A DNA stretch of 64,000 bases from contig JBDUBL010000001.1 of assembly GCA_040004125.1 (NCBI GenBank), forward strand, positions 3,850 through 67,849, written 5' to 3'. Numbering within the stretch: position 1 is the first letter of the stretch; each line of letters starts with the position of its first letter. Below are positions 43,406 through 52,642 of this stretch, piece after piece. A program made the position numbers and the translations under genes. The notes under the pieces are model-generated. The model saw only the letters and a program-made list of their open reading frames with translations, was not told where the DNA came from and did not search any database. Source of the DNA: Actinomycetota bacterium. Lineage in GTDB: Bacteria; Actinomycetota; UBA4738; HRBIN12.

Positions 43406-45325
43406 CTACCGTTCCGCCGCGACCGCGAGCTTCTCCACCCGGATCGCCGTGGCCTTGAACTCCGAGGTTCCGGACTTCGGGTCAGAGACGTCGTTCGTGA
43501 TCCGGTTGGTCGCGACCTGCTCCGGGAAGTGGAAGGTCATGAACGCGAGCCCCGCCCGCAGGGCGGTCGTGACGTGGACCGGGGCCTCGATCGCCCCACG
43601 GCGCGAGATGATCCGCACGACCTCGCCCTCGCCGACGTCCAGCGTGCGCGCGTCCTCGGGGCACAGATCGAGCGACTCCCCTCGGTGCAATGGCGAGGAG
43701 AACGCGTTGGTCTGCACACCGGTGTTATAGGACTCCAGCCGGCGTCCGGTCGTGAGGCGCATCGGGAATTCCTCGGTCAAGGTATCGGCCGGTGCCACGT
43801 CCTCCACCACCGAGAAGGGGGCCTTGCGCCCCTGCGCGTCGGGGTCCTCAAACGCCCACAGGCGCGCGTGCAGGAACTGCGCGCCATCGGGAAACTGCTC
43901 GTTGCAGGGCCATTGGATGCCACCGAGCTCCTCGATGCGCGCCCACGACATCAAGGTGTGCATGGGTGACAGCGCTCGGAGCTCGTCCCAGGCCTGTTCG
44001 GATGTCACGTCGCCCCAGTCGTTGCCCAGACGCGCGGCGAGCTGCGCGATGATCCACATATCGTCGCGCGCCTCACCGGGCGGCTCGAGCGCTTTGCGCA
44101 CGCGTTGGACCCGACGCTCGGAGTTCGTCACGGTGCCATCGGTCTCGAACGCGCCGTTCGCGGCCGGGAACACGACGTCGGCGAGCTCGGCGGTCTTAGT
44201 GAGAAAGATATCCTGCACGATCAGGGTGTCGAGCCCTTGGAGCAGGTGCACCGCGTGATCCTGGTCGGCCTCCGACGTGGCGGGGTTCTCGCCGATGCAG
44301 TACACGGCCGTGAGTTCGCCGCGGTCCATCGCCTCGAACATCTCGGTGAGGTGCCACCCGGTGCGCGGCTCGATCGGCACACCCCACGCCGCCTCGAACC
44401 GCGCGCGAGCGGCGGCATCGCTCTCGATGTCCTGGAACCCCGGCAGCTTGTTCGGGATCGCGCCCATGTCGCCGCCGCCCTGCACGTTGTTCTGGCCGCG
44501 GAGCGGGTTCAGACCGCTGCCGTAGCGACCCACATGACCGGTGAGCAGTCCGAGGTTGATCAACGACAGCACGTTGTCGACCGCGTTGCGGTGCTCGGTG
44601 ATACCGAGCGTCCAGCAGATCATGGCGTTCTCTGCCTCGGCCAATCCGTGTGCGAGATCTCGGATGACGTCGCTCGGAACGCCCGTGACCTCGGCGCCCC
44701 GCTCCAGTGTCCATTCCTCGACGCTCGAGGCGTACTCGGGGAAGTGCAGGGTCGCGCCTTCGATGAAGTCGGTCCGTGCGAGCCCCGCATGGATGATCTC
44801 GCGAGCGATCGTATTGGACAGACCCACGTCCGTGCCCACGTCGATGCCCAACCAGAGATCCGCGAATTCGGCCGTCTCGGTACGCCGCGGATCCACGACG
44901 ATCAGCCGGGCCTCACGCTGCATCGCCTTGAGGACATGGTGGAAGAAGATCGGATGCGCGGCGCGCGCATTCGACCCCCACAGCACGATGAGGTCCGTGT
45001 GCTCGACCTCTTCGTACGAGCTGGTACCGCCCCCGGCACCGAACACGGTCGCCAGACCGACGACCGAAGGTGCGTGTCAGGTGCGGTTGCAGCTATCGAT
45101 GTTGTTCGTTCGAAGGACTTGGCGAGCGAACTTCCCTGCGATGAAGTTCATCTCGTTCGTGGCCTTCGAGCAGCTGAAGATCCCTGCCCCCCAGCCGGGG
45201 TTCCGCTCCATCGCGCGACGCAGCCCCCCGGCGGCCCGGTCAAGGGCCTCATCCCAGGTGGCGGCACGCAGCGCTCCGTTCTCACGGACCATCGGCTCGG
45301 TCAGCCGGGTCATCGATGCCGACAT
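43406..45325 (-). CDS. fdhA: formate dehydrogenase molybdopterin catalytic subunit, selenocysteine-containing (in-frame TGA at 45077-45079). It lacks its own N-terminal 4Fe-4S cap
   Basis: Track ORFs 45077..45361 and 43406..45046 are in the same frame and separated only by a TGA. The context ...KFARQVLRTNNIDSCNRT-U-HAPSVVGL aligns with E. coli FdhF ...[27 protein letters not shown]. Downstream MopB domains are intact. Start at ATG 45325 with GGAGGAAGGAG 9 nt upstream. Confidence 0.75.
45035..45076 (-). promoter_or_regulatory. bacterial SECIS-like hairpin immediately 3' of the UGA
   Basis: mRNA reads UGA-CAC-GCA-CCU-UCG-GUC-GUC-GGU-CUG-GCG-ACC. CGGUCGUCGGUCUGGCGACCG folds into a ~9-bp stem with the apical GGUCUG at +22..+27 from the U of UGA, the same motif and spacing as the E. 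coli fdhF SECIS. Confidence 0.55.
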
Positions 45326-45421
45326 CGATCGGCGCTCCTTCCTCCGGCGCGAAACTCGCACCGGACGCCTCGATTGTAGGACCGCCGGGACTCGGTTCGG
45401 GAACCGGCGGTTGACCCGCGT

Positions 45422-45994
45422 TCAAAGCATCCCGACCTCGCGGTAGCGGTAGCAACCCGTGATGTGGTCGTTCACGAAGCCCGCGGCCTGCATGAAGGCG
45501 TAGCAGACGGTCGGGCCCACGAACCGGAACCCTCGGGCCTTGAGCTCCTTGGACATCGTGCGGGACTCCGACGTTTCGGCGGGAACGTCGGACTGATCTC
45601 GCCAGCGGTTGACCTTCGCGGCGCCTCCCACGAAGCCCCACAGCAGCGTGTCGAGCGTCAGCCCTTCCTCGGCAAGGCCGAGCACCGCGCGCGCATTCGA
45701 CACTGTCGAGGTAACCTTCAGCCGGTTGCGCACGATCGAAGGGTCCCCGAGCAGTCGCTCGATGCGGGCGGGGTCGAACCGGGCCACGGCTGCCGCGTCG
45801 AACCCGGCGAACGCCCGCCGGTAGCCCTCCCGCTTGGACAGGATCGTTCGCCACGACAACCCGGCCTGAGCGCCCTCGAGGGTCAGCATCTCGAACAGGT
45901 GGCGCTCGTCGTGCACCGGCACGCCCCACTCGTCGTCGTGATACACGAGGTAGACCGGCTCGTCGAGAGGCACCCACGCACACCGAGGCGGCAT
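45422..45994 (-). CDS. tag: DNA-3-methyladenine glycosylase I
   Basis: RCAWV...YHDDEWGVP...Zn-site C/H residues typical of Tag. Confidence 0.8.
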   Translation of the reverse strand: MPPRCAWVPLDEPVYLVYHDDEWGVPVHDERHLFEMLTLEGAQAGLSWRTILSKREGYRRAFAGFDAAAVARFDPARIERLLGDPSIVRNRLKVTSTVSNARAVLGLAEEGLTLDTLLWGFVGGAAKVNRWRDQSDVPAETSESRTMSKELKARGFRFVGPTVCYAFMQAAGFVNDHITGCYRYREVGML

Positions 45995-46066
45995 CGGCAC
46001 ACGCTACGACACGGCGCCGACGGGGTCGGGTGGACCCTTGGGGCGGAACGGGTCCATGATGGGTCG

Positions 46067-46915
46067 ATGCACGAGCCGACCCCGATCCCCATCCACGAGC
46101 TCCCGACGGACCCCGATCCGTCGGGAGAGGCGCCCGGCACGGCGGTCCCGCCCGGGGTCGAACAGGCGATCGACGTCCTGATCGGCCTCGTCACGCTGGC
46201 CACGAACGCCGCCGCCTCGATCCTGCGTGGTGACGAGGAGCCGGGCGCCGGGGCTGAGGGCGCCACCCTTGTGACCGGTGCGGCCGCCGGGTTCCTGATC
46301 GAAGGCCTGCGCGCCGCCGGCGCGGTGCTCACCGCATTCGAGCGCACCCTCGTCGCGCCGGCCACCACCGTGGCGGGTGCCGCCGCCGAGCGCCCCGAGA
46401 TCCGCGAGCTCCTGGAGCACTGGCAGGCTTCGTGGGAGGAACAGCGCGATCAGAGCGAGCCCGTCGCGGCCGACACCCTGCGTCGCGGGATCCGCCGAGG
46501 CGCGGACGCTCTCATGGACCAGCTCGATCTGACCCAGCTGGTGATCGATCACCTCGACATCCAACGGGTCGCCGAGCAGATCGACATCGACGCCCTCGTC
46601 GGAGGTCTCGACATCGATCGGCTGATCGATCGCATGGACATGGACCGTTTGGCATCGCGGATCGACATCGACGCGCTCGTTGCCCGGCTCGACGTCGAGG
46701 CCGTTGTCGACAACCTCGACGTTGCGGCGATCGCCGCCGACGTGATCGATGAGCTCGACTTGCCACAGCTGATCCGAGATGCGACCGCCGACATCACCTC
46801 CGACGGCGTGCGCACCGCGCGTCTTCGTGGGGTCGGGGCCGATCGCGCGCTCCGGCGCGCGGTCGATCGCATCCTGGCCCGGTCCGAGGCGACGGACACC
46901 GGGGAGCGCCGATGA
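46067..46915 (+). CDS. protein with eight or more tandem nonapeptide repeats (hD-h-D-x-L-h-x-x, e.g. LDIDRLIDR / MDMDRLASR / IDIDALVAR)
   Basis: Internal ATG (MHEPTPIPI). N-terminal Ala/Gly-rich region, then the repeat array, then an Arg-rich tail. ATGA overlap with the downstream RDD gene. Confidence 0.55.
   Translation: MHEPTPIPIHELPTDPDPSGEAPGTAVPPGVEQAIDVLIGLVTLATNAAASILRGDEEPGAGAEGATLVTGAAAGFLIEGLRAAGAVLTAFERTLVAPATTVAGAAAERPEIRELLEHWQASWEEQRDQSEPVAADTLRRGIRRGADALMDQLDLTQLVIDHLDIQRVAEQIDIDALVGGLDIDRLIDRMDMDRLASRIDIDALVARLDVEAVVDNLDVAAIAADVIDELDLPQLIRDATADITSDGVRTARLRGVGADRALRRAVDRILARSEATDTGERR
46524..46770. repeat. ~9 x 27-bp imperfect in-frame tandem repeats (consensus ctcgacatcgacgcgctcgtcgcccgg) encoding the nonapeptide array
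   Basis: Read from the sequence at 46524-46770. Confidence 0.65.
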
Positions 46916-47508
46916 CCGATCCGCGCTTCCGCGTCGAGACGGTGCCCCTGGAGGCGCGCGGCTTCCAAGGACAACCGGCGGGACTCATCACGCGGGTCGC
47001 CGCCAACGTGATCGACCTGGCCGCCGTGCTGGTCGCGCTGGTGGTCTGTTATCTCGCCACGGCGGGGGTCCTGTTCCTTCGCCGCGGCGCCCGGTTCTCG
47101 TTCCCGATCGTGTCGTATCCGACGGCGTTTTGGGCCGGGTTGCTCGCCCTGGTCGTCTATTTCGCGGTCTCCTGGGCAACGGGGGGTCGCACCTACGGCG
47201 ACCGCGTGCTCGGGTTGCGCGTCACCACCGCTGCCGGCCTCGGTCTCGGCGGTGCTCGAGCCACCGTGCGGGCCGTGCTGTCCGCGTTGTTCCCCGTGCT
47301 CCTCCTCTGGGTCGCGGTGAGTCGGGCCAGCCGTTCGATACAAGACCTCGTCGTTGGCACCGTCGTGATCTATGACTGGGGGCCGGCGAGACGCGTGATC
47401 GCCTCAGGCGACGCGATCGGGGTGGCTGTAGATGTTGCATCGCCCGTCGCGCACGAAGCCGAGGACCGTAACGCCGAGGCGGTTACCGGCCTCGACCGCG
47501 AGCGATGA
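46912..47508 (+). CDS. RDD family membrane protein
   Basis: RDD motif (RTYGDRVLGLRV) between TM helices. Translationally coupled to the repeat protein. The C-terminal ~35 codons overlap fdhD convergently. Confidence 0.6.
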   Translation: MTDPRFRVETVPLEARGFQGQPAGLITRVAANVIDLAAVLVALVVCYLATAGVLFLRRGARFSFPIVSYPTAFWAGLLALVVYFAVSWATGGRTYGDRVLGLRVTTAAGLGLGGARATVRAVLSALFPVLLLWVAVSRASRSIQDLVVGTVVIYDWGPARRVIASGDAIGVAVDVASPVAHEAEDRNAEAVTGLDRER

Positions 47509-48240
47509 CGGTGCGCTGACGGCGCTCACCACCGGGATCCCCGCCACGGCGGCCTTCTGCACGATCTCGAACGACGCGCGACCCGAGACCTGCAGGATCG
47601 CCTCGGACAGGGGCACCCGGCCGGCAAGCATCTGCTCGCCGATCACCTTGTCGACGGCGTTGTGCCTGCCCACGTCCTCGCGGATCGCGATCGGCTCGCC
47701 CGCGGCGGTGAACAGCCCCGCGGCGTGCAGGCCGCCGGTCCGGTCGAAGACCTGCTGGGCGGCGCGCAGTCGCTCGGGTAACCCGACCAGCACGGCGGCG
47801 GGCACCGTCAAGCCGAGCGGCACCACGGCGCATCGCACGGCGATGTCGTCCAGCGACGCCTTCCCGCACACACCGCAGGACGAGGTTGCGAAGAAGTTCC
47901 GACGGAGCCGCTCGGTGTCCACGGGCGTCGCCAGCGTGACCGTCACGACGTTGTAGCGCTGGTCTTCGTCATCGAGGTCGTCGCAATACGCGACCCGACG
48001 CACGTCCCCGGAACCCACCAACCCTTCCGTGAACAGGAACCCTGCGGCGAGTTCGAAGTCGCCGCCGGGCGTGCGCATCGTCACGGCGACCTGCGATGCC
48101 TCTTGCCCGGGCCCCTGGGCCCGGATCTCCAGCGGTTCCTCGGTCGCAAGGGTGTCTGCCCGCTCGCCCCGGGTGCCGTCGTGGACGGTCACCACCCGAA
48201 CGGGGGTCACGTTGCGACGGATCTGCTCGGGAGCGGCCAC
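47404..48240 (-). CDS. fdhD: formate dehydrogenase accessory sulfurtransferase FdhD
   Basis: SCGVCGK and GRHNAVDK motifs. Start approximate (GTG at 48240). The ORF N-terminus is run-on. Confidence 0.85.
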   Translation of the reverse strand: MAAPEQIRRNVTPVRVVTVHDGTRGERADTLATEEPLEIRAQGPGQEASQVAVTMRTPGGDFELAAGFLFTEGLVGSGDVRRVAYCDDLDDEDQRYNVVTVTLATPVDTERLRRNFFATSSCGVCGKASLDDIAVRCAVVPLGLTVPAAVLVGLPERLRAAQQVFDRTGGLHAAGLFTAAGEPIAIREDVGRHNAVDKVIGEQMLAGRVPLSEAILQVSGRASFEIVQKAAVAGIPVVSAVSAPSSLAVEAGNRLGVTVLGFVRDGRCNIYSHPDRVA

Positions 48241-48295
48241 GGCACCAAGCCTATCGCTCCGACACGCAGAGGCCGCTATCGGGCATGATGCGAGT

Positions 48296-48661
48296 ATGGC
48301 GACACCGGATGATCGCGAGTACGGCGACCCCACGCGGCGCACGTATCTGGCCGAGGAACGGACACTGCTCGCGTGGTGGCGCTCGGGACTGGCGGCCCTG
48401 GCCGTCGCGCTGGCGGTCGGCCGGTTACTCCCCGCCCTGCTGGACGAGCGCGAGGCGACGGGGTTCGTCCTGCTCGGCGCCGGGTTCGCCTTGGTCGGCG
48501 TGGCGTTGATCCTGCTCGGCGCGCTTCGCCATCGCGCCGTGGAGCACGCGCTCGCCCGGGGACAGTTCCACGCCTTGCCTGCCGTCGTGACCTGGGGGAT
48601 CACGGGGGCGATGCTCGTGCTCGCCGCCGGAACCTTGATCCTGGTGATCACCGAGACCTGA
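48296..48661 (+). CDS. DUF202 (YidH-like) membrane protein
   Basis: RTYLAEERTLLAWWRSGLAALAVALAVG is the DUF202 signature. Internal ATG. Divergent from fdhD. Confidence 0.6.
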   Translation: MATPDDREYGDPTRRTYLAEERTLLAWWRSGLAALAVALAVGRLLPALLDEREATGFVLLGAGFALVGVALILLGALRHRAVEHALARGQFHALPAVVTWGITGAMLVLAAGTLILVITET

Positions 48662-48767
48662 CCTGTGGTCAGAGGCCCTGCCGGACCGATTCTCTTGCGC
48701 GCGAGGCCTTGCGCTAAGGTCTCATGCGCCGTACACCATCCCACCTGCGAAGGAGTCGATCGCCACC

Positions 48768-50438
48768 ATGAAGTCCGGCCTCGAGATCGCCCAGGAAGCC
48801 ATCCTTCGCCCGATCGCCGACGTGGCCGCCGATGCCGGCATCCACCCCGACGAGCTCAAACCCTATGGCTCGACCCGAGCCAAGGTGTCCTTGTCGATCC
48901 TCGAGCGCCTGGCGGATCGAAGGGACGGGAAGCTCATCATCACGACCGCGATCACCCCGACGAAGGCCGGCGAAGGAAAGACGACCACCTCGGTGTCGCT
49001 CACCCAGGGCCTGGGGGCGATCGGCAAGCAGGTCGTCTTGGCCCTTCGCGAGCCGAGCATGGGCCCGGTGTTCGGGATCAAGGGCGGCGGGACCGGGGGT
49101 GGCTACGCGCAGGTCGTGCCGATGGAGGAGATCAACCTGCACTTCAACGGCGACTTCCACGCCATCACCGCCGCGCACAACCTCTTGTCCGCCGCACTGG
49201 ACGCCTCGATCTACCACGGCGATCCCCTCGGCATCGATCCGCAGTCGATCACCTGGCCGCGGACCCTCGACGTGAACGACCGCGAGTTGCGCAACACGGT
49301 GGTCGGCCTTGGCGGCAAGGCCCACGGCATCCCCCGTCAGGAGGGGTTCGTGATCACGGCGGCCTCCGAGATCATGGCGATCCTGGCGTTGGCGAGCGAT
49401 CTGCACGACCTTCGCGGCCGGCTCGGCCGTATCATCGTCGCCGCCACCTACGACGGCGCCCCGGTGACCGCCGAGGACCTTCGCGTCGCGGGCGCGATGA
49501 CCGTGATCATGCGCGATGCGATCGAGCCGAACCTCGTACAGACGCTCGAGCATCAACCCGTGCTGCTGCACGCGGGGCCGTTCGGCAATATCGCGCATGC
49601 GAACAACTCGATCATCGAGGATCGGATCGCCCTCAAACTCGCCGACTACGTCGTGACCGAAGCGGGCTTCGGAAGCGATCTCGGATTCCAGAAGTTCTGC
49701 GACATCGTGTGCCGCTTCGGCGGGTTCGTCCCGAGCGCCGGGGTGCTCGTCACCACCGTGCGGGCCACCAAATCTCACGGCGGGATGCCGTTCGCCGATC
49801 TCGGCAACGAGGATCTCGACGCGCTCAGCCGCGGGATCGACAACCTGACGGCCCACGTCGCTATCCTTCGCGAGTACGGCCTGCCGTGCGTCGTGTCCAT
49901 CAACAACTTCCCCGACGACACCGACGCCGAGATCGAGCTGATCCGCAGACTGGCGGTCGATGCCGGCGCTGAGACCGTCGTCGTGAACCGCGGGTTCGCC
50001 GAGGGTGGCCGGGGCGCCATCGAGCTGGCGGAAGCCGTGGTGACGGCCTGCGAGCGGCCGAACACCTTCCATCAGCTCACACCGCCGGACACGCCGCTGC
50101 GGGTGCAGATCGACACCATCGCGACGAAGCTCTACGGCGCCGAGGGCGTGGACTATCTGCCGCAGGCCGAGAAGGACCTCGCGCGCATGGACCAGCTCGG
50201 GTTCGGCACGGTACCGGTGTGCATGGCCAAGACCCACTTGTCCCTCAGCCACGATCCGCTGCTGCTGGATCGCCCAACCGGGTTCCGCCTGCCCGTACGC
50301 AGCGTGGTGCCGAGCGCGGGCGCCGGGTTCGTCGTCGCGCTGTGCGGCGACATGCAGCGGATGCCTGGGCTGGGGAAGACGCCGAACTACATGGGCGTGG
50401 ACATCGACGCCGACGGCACGACGACGGGGCTGTTCTGA
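48768..50438 (+). CDS. fhs: formate--tetrahydrofolate ligase
   Basis: TPTKAGEGKTTTSVSL and GPVFGIKGGGTGGGYAQV motifs. Full length (556 aa). Confidence 0.9.
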   Translation: MKSGLEIAQEAILRPIADVAADAGIHPDELKPYGSTRAKVSLSILERLADRRDGKLIITTAITPTKAGEGKTTTSVSLTQGLGAIGKQVVLALREPSMGPVFGIKGGGTGGGYAQVVPMEEINLHFNGDFHAITAAHNLLSAALDASIYHGDPLGIDPQSITWPRTLDVNDRELRNTVVGLGGKAHGIPRQEGFVITAASEIMAILALASDLHDLRGRLGRIIVAATYDGAPVTAEDLRVAGAMTVIMRDAIEPNLVQTLEHQPVLLHAGPFGNIAHANNSIIEDRIALKLADYVVTEAGFGSDLGFQKFCDIVCRFGGFVPSAGVLVTTVRATKSHGGMPFADLGNEDLDALSRGIDNLTAHVAILREYGLPCVVSINNFPDDTDAEIELIRRLAVDAGAETVVVNRGFAEGGRGAIELAEAVVTACERPNTFHQLTPPDTPLRVQIDTIATKLYGAEGVDYLPQAEKDLARMDQLGFGTVPVCMAKTHLSLSHDPLLLDRPTGFRLPVRSVVPSAGAGFVVALCGDMQRMPGLGKTPNYMGVDIDADGTTTGLF

Positions 50439-50442
50439 CCCG

Positions 50443-50856
50443 CTAGGCAACATCATCGTCAGCGGGCATGACGCAGAACTCGTTGCCCTCTGGGTCAAGC
50501 ATCACGCACCACACGCCCCCGTCGCCCTCGGCCCAGTTGTGGATCGAGGCGCCGATCCCCTCGAGCCGTTCCACCTCGGCCTCGAGGTCATCGTCGGCGA
50601 CCACGTCCAGATGCACGCGGTTCTTCGACATCTTGCCCTCCGGCACCTCGGTGAAAAACAGCACGGGCAGCGCCGTGCCCTCCGGCGGCTCGACCATCAC
50701 CGAGGGATCCTCCTCGGGGTCCGTGATGCCCTTGGCCGCCAGGCGCGTCAGCTCGACCTCGTCGTAGGGAGCGATCGTCCACCCTAACGTGGCCGCCCAG
50801 AATCGAGCCAACGGGGCCGCGTCGCGGCAGTCGAAGACGATCGCGTCGATCCGCAC
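50443..50856 (-). CDS. VOC (glyoxalase/bleomycin-resistance) family protein
   Basis: Fold-level match to the small VOC domain. Low sequence specificity. Confidence 0.6.
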   Translation of the reverse strand: MRIDAIVFDCRDAAPLARFWAATLGWTIAPYDEVELTRLAAKGITDPEEDPSVMVEPPEGTALPVLFFTEVPEGKMSKNRVHLDVVADDDLEAEVERLEGIGASIHNWAEGDGGVWCVMLDPEGNEFCVMPADDDVA

Positions 50857-50907
50857 GCAGGCAGCCTGGCGCGACGCGACGCCGAGCGCAAGCCCGCCCG
50901 GTGTTGA

Positions 50908-51687
50908 TCAGACGTGCAGCGCGATCATGAACGCCTCGCTGACATCGCGCAGGATCGACTGAGCACGATGCCGCAGGGAGTTCGCGGAGTCGGTGAGCTC
51001 GTGCTGGCGCGTTTTGTCCAGGAACGTGATCGCGTTGATATCGACGTTGGCCAGCGCCGACAGGGTCGCCGCGTGCAGCGATGTCGCCGCGCTCAGCGCG
51101 TCGGAGGCCGCGTTCGGGTTGCCGTTGGCCAGCGTCTCCTCGGCCAAGCTCATCAGGTACACGGAGCGCCGGGCCACTTCCAGCGGGATGTCCGCCGCGC
51201 GCTCCAATGCCTTCTGGAGTGTGAACCCCCATGTGTGCTGCTCCTCGGGGGTCGTCTTGGGCAGCTTGTAGGCCGCCATGACGGCCTGGTAGGCCTCGGC
51301 GTCCCTGTCCGCGAGGCCGAGCAGCGCGTAGCGTTCGTCGTCGCACTCGTCGGCGATCGTGCGCATGCGGTCGGCGACGGGTTCGAAACCCTTCTTCTTC
51401 AGAGTCAAGCGCGCGACCATCGCGATCAGGGAGGCGCCGGCGGCGGCCGAGACGGCGGCCCAGGCGCCGCCACCGGGCGTCGGCGAGTCCGACGCGAGGT
51501 CTTCCAGATAGGCGCCCACCCGAGATCCCGCCGTCGGCATGTCATCGATCGGCACCTTGCTGGGCGCCGAGGTCGTCGCCGGGCCGCCGCTGGCCCAGGT
51601 CCCCCCGGAGGTCTCCGCGGACATATCGGGGATCGGCGCCGGCGCGAGTTCCTGCTTCCGCTCGGGCGACATCCACTGGTCACTCAT
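50908..51687 (-). CDS. cyclodeaminase/cyclohydrolase family protein (FTCD C-terminal-like / FchA-like)
   Basis: GGGAWAAVSAAAGASLIAMVARLT and the following helical bundle match PF04961. Low-complexity N-terminal linker. ATGA overlap with the formimidoyltransferase gene. Confidence 0.7.
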   Translation of the reverse strand: MSDQWMSPERKQELAPAPIPDMSAETSGGTWASGGPATTSAPSKVPIDDMPTAGSRVGAYLEDLASDSPTPGGGAWAAVSAAAGASLIAMVARLTLKKKGFEPVADRMRTIADECDDERYALLGLADRDAEAYQAVMAAYKLPKTTPEEQHTWGFTLQKALERAADIPLEVARRSVYLMSLAEETLANGNPNAASDALSAATSLHAATLSALANVDINAITFLDKTRQHELTDSANSLRHRAQSILRDVSEAFMIALHV

Positions 51688-52586
51688 GACGCCTCCTCGA
51701 TCAGCCGCTCCAACACCTGCGTCGTTCGGTCGAACCCCTGAAGCCGCACCTGCTCGGCGGCCTCCTCGGGCAACGCCGCCTCCGGCACGAGACCCACGAT
51801 CTCGGAGTCGGTGACCTCTCCCCCACGTGCCTCAGCCTGTGCGACCACCGCATCGTATGCCGTTCGCACGCTCGTGACCTCGAAGTCGACCAAGTTCATC
51901 GAGACGGTTACACAACCCCGCTCCGGCACGTGGAATCCGATCGCCCGAACGGCCGGCAATCCACCGCCGGATGCGCGGATCGTCCGTGCGATGTCCTTGG
52001 CCGCGCTCTCGTCCACCCCGATGAGGTAGACGTTGAACGCCACGAGCGGGGAGCGTGCCCCGACCGCGGTCGCGCCGGCCCGACCGATCTGGTGCGGTCC
52101 GAAGTCGGGCAGGCGCTCCCCTCGGGACACCGCCTCGCGCAGCCCCTCGTACTCACCGCGGCGCACGTCGGCAAGCGACACGCGGTCTGGCGTGCGCGCC
52201 GCGCGGTCATACAGGTAGACGGGCAGATCCAACTCGGCCGCGAGGGTCTGGCCGACCTCGACGGCAAGCGAGACGCATTCCTGCATCGAGACATCCCGCA
52301 CGGGCATGAAGGGGATCACGTCGGCGGCGCCCATCCGGGGATGCCCGCCGTGGTGCTGCTCCATGTCGATCAGTGCGACGGCCACGCGTGTTCCGGCGAT
52401 CGCAGCTCGGCGCACCGCCTCGCGACTGCCGAGGACGGTGGCGTCGAGGCGATGATGATCGGGGTCGGCTTGGCGGTACACGAGATGCGCACCCGGAACG
52501 GCCAGGGCATCGCAGATCGCATCCATCACGTCCGCGCGCCGACCCTCGGAGAAGTTCGGCACGACACCGTAGATGGGTTCGTTCAC
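51684..52586 (-). CDS. ftcD: glutamate formimidoyltransferase
   Basis: VPNFSEGR motif and the FT N/C subdomains. Confidence 0.8.
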   Translation of the reverse strand: MNEPIYGVVPNFSEGRRADVMDAICDALAVPGAHLVYRQADPDHHRLDATVLGSREAVRRAAIAGTRVAVALIDMEQHHGGHPRMGAADVIPFMPVRDVSMQECVSLAVEVGQTLAAELDLPVYLYDRAARTPDRVSLADVRRGEYEGLREAVSRGERLPDFGPHQIGRAGATAVGARSPLVAFNVYLIGVDESAAKDIARTIRASGGGLPAVRAIGFHVPERGCVTVSMNLVDFEVTSVRTAYDAVVAQAEARGGEVTDSEIVGLVPEAALPEEAAEQVRLQGFDRTTQVLERLIEEAS

Positions 52587-52642
52587 GACCGACAGGATAG
52601 TGCCAGGGTCGGCGCCCGCCGACCCTGGGGACCCGCCCGACC

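Noticed and set aside
42055-43458. 467-aa plus-strand ORF antisense to the NuoE/F fusion
   Set aside because: It is antisense to the conserved NuoF FMN/NAD and Fe-S motifs and has no recognisable domains.
45035-45080. Frameshift or pseudogene interpretation of the two adjacent FDH ORFs
   Set aside because: Both pieces are in the same frame. The only interruption is a TGA at the known Sec position, followed by an fdhF-like SECIS hairpin. Selenocysteine recoding is the more parsimonious reading, though it cannot be proven from this window.
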